In this document: positions 62,625 through 64,000 of the stretch, in pieces
Numbering within the stretch: position 1 is the first letter of the stretch
Layout: the number at the start of each line of letters is the position of its first letter
From: Candidatus Melainabacteria bacterium 17Bon1m
GTDB taxonomy: Bacteria; Cyanobacteriota; Vampirovibrionia; Obscuribacterales; Obscuribacteraceae
NCBI GenBank assembly: GCA_032128875.1
Contig: JAVLKG010000009.1
Span: forward strand, 64,001-128,000
Length of the DNA: 64,000 bases
Direction: 5' to 3'
Notes under the pieces: model-generated
What the model was told of the DNA's origin: nothing
Database searches by the model: none
Seen by the model: the letters and a program-made list of their open reading frames with translations, nothing else
Program-made: the position numbers and the translations under genes

Positions 62625-64000
62625 TTGAAAAGGCTGTTGAACAGCATCGGAGAACAGGCTGGGCGGCTGCCCACGGCAAAGTTCTTTGGTCTGTTAAGAC
62701 AGCCGAACATTTTTCCCATCTTGCTGTTTGCCCTCGCATTAAGCATTAGAGCCTTCTACGTTTTGCACTGCGAGCACCTCGTTTGTGAATTTGGTGACGC
62801 TTATTACTACCTGACGACCGGCGCTGCTCTGGCAAAAGTCTTGTCGACTGCCACTGATTGGGCTGGGCTTTTCCAGCAGATCACCTCCTCTACGCCGATT
62901 TCTCCTGAGGATGGAGGCACTTTTACATCTTCCCAGCTGCCTGTTCGTTTGATGTTGGACGGTCCTATATATCCGGCATATCTTGCGGTGCTGGCTTCTA
63001 TCTTTGGGTTTGCCAGCCAGGCAAAAATGCAGTTCAACAACTATGCGACTCAAATTGCGCTGGCAAACGCATGTATAGATTCTTTCAGTTGCCTGCTGCT
63101 TTATTTTCTAGGCAGTCGGGCTTTCGGCAGAAGAGTCGGAGCGATGGCAGCACTGCTGTTCGTCTTCTATCCCGCAGCATCAATAAATTTGTCCAGAGCT
63201 TACAGCGAAACTTTTTCGTACTTCCTGCTGCTTTCCTTGATGTCCACAGCTGTTATGGCGCGAGTAGAGAAGTTGCGCATCGCTGCACTTTGCGGAATTG
63301 CGTTGCAATTTGGATTTCTCTTTGCTTGCGTAACTTTGGTGCGACCAATTTTTGTGCTTGTTGTTGCATCAATTGTCGCATCGCTTGTGCTTTGTGACGT
63401 TATCTGCAAAACCAATGGCAATTCAAAGTGGTATCAGAGTTGGTTTGGAAAACGCCGCCTTGCCGCTCTTGTTTTGTCCGTGATTGGCGCACTGATTATT
63501 TTTATTCCCTGGAGTCAGATAACTGGGAAGTCTCTCGGACAGCCGACTTTCCTTCTCAGCAGAGCACCGGCATACAATCTTTTTGTCGGCAATCAAGTTA
63601 TGACAGACGGGTGGAAAACTTGGCCCATCGTACCTGGATACTCGGGCGACACAAAAGTCGTAATGAACGGCATCCTCGAAAACTTCCTCAGACAGCCATT
63701 CGAGATGGTCGCTTTGGAGCTGAAAAAGGTGCCTCGGCTCTGGGCTGGAGGCTGGAACGAGTTTCGCTATCCGTTTTTCGGTTTGAGTGTCGAGGGGCAA
63801 AACATCTGGCATGGACTGCTTTTACTCCTGGCATTTATAGGTGTTTGCCTGACCGCAGCAAGAATTCGCTCCGAGCGTCCATTGGTTATGACTTTCGTGG
63901 GCTTGTCGTCGTTTGCAATAATCTGCGTCCATTTTTTCTATGTAGGATTTGAACCTATTTCCAGATACGGTTTGACGGCAATGCCTTTCGTCTGCCTCTT
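62625..64000 (+). CDS. GT-C superfamily (ArnT/PMT, GT39-like) multi-TM glycosyltransferase (partial, runs off window end)
   Basis: Not in the ORF track. Manual translation from TTG at 62625 (GGAG RBS) gives FGDAYYY, DGPIYPAYL, FYPAA..YSETF, YNLFVGN and EPISRY with many TMs. Confidence 0.8.
   Translation, partial: MKRLLNSIGEQAGRLPTAKFFGLLRQPNIFPILLFALALSIRAFYVLHCEHLVCEFGDAYYYLTTGAALAKVLSTATDWAGLFQQITSSTPISPEDGGTFTSSQLPVRLMLDGPIYPAYLAVLASIFGFASQAKMQFNNYATQIALANACIDSFSCLLLYFLGSRAFGRRVGAMAALLFVFYPAASINLSRAYSETFSYFLLLSLMSTAVMARVEKLRIAALCGIALQFGFLFACVTLVRPIFVLVVASIVASLVLCDVICKTNGNSKWYQSWFGKRRLAALVLSVIGALIIFIPWSQITGKSLGQPTFLLSRAPAYNLFVGNQVMTDGWKTWPIVPGYSGDTKVVMNGILENFLRQPFEMVALELKKVPRLWAGGWNEFRYPFFGLSVEGQNIWHGLLLLLAFIGVCLTAARIRSERPLVMTFVGLSSFAIICVHFFYVGFEPISRYGLTAMPFVCL

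Noticed and set aside
62340-62625. tRNA-Lys as an integration site for an island or prophage
   Set aside because: No integrase, phage gene or duplicated tRNA 3' end was seen in the window.

Overview
Gene-dense bacterial chromosomal window. The gene style suggests a non-photosynthetic cyanobacterial relative (Vampirovibrionia/Melainabacteria, Obscuribacterales-like). That assignment is inference from the cyanobacterial SigG-like ECF sigma, membrane-anchored Ser/Thr kinases, LRR and TonB-C proteins and a giant beta-helical exoprotein; no marker gene is present. In order, the window holds: (1) an operon of two ~470-aa coiled-coil proteins and a Pro/Ala/Gln-rich protein running off the left edge; (2) a complete 2-oxoacid (pyruvate-type) dehydrogenase operon with divergent lipA; (3) small accessory genes, an acyltransferase and a hybrid kinase; (4) a ~15-kb two-subunit PUFA-synthase-like iterative type I PKS (ER*-ER-KS-AT-ACP-KR-DH and KS-AT-DH-PPTase) next to a ceramide-glucosyltransferase-like GT2 and a divergent GH3 acyl-amido synthetase; (5) a repeat protein, proline dehydrogenase, two tandem membrane kinases and an SPFH protein; (6) a VIT protein with a PEP-CTERM-like tail coupled to its own exosortase; (7) an ECF sigma and a ~2840-aa exoprotein; (8) alkA with a truncated ogt, an LRR-DUF4240 fusion, tRNA-Lys(UUU) and a GT-C glycosyltransferase running off the right edge. 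A family of REP-like palindromes occupies eight intergenic sites. No CRISPR array, rRNA, transposase or integrase was seen. The best candidate for an undescribed system is the PKS + GH3 + GT2 (+ acyltransferase) locus, possibly making an amide-linked glycolipid. All calls come from reading motifs by eye; no database searches were run.
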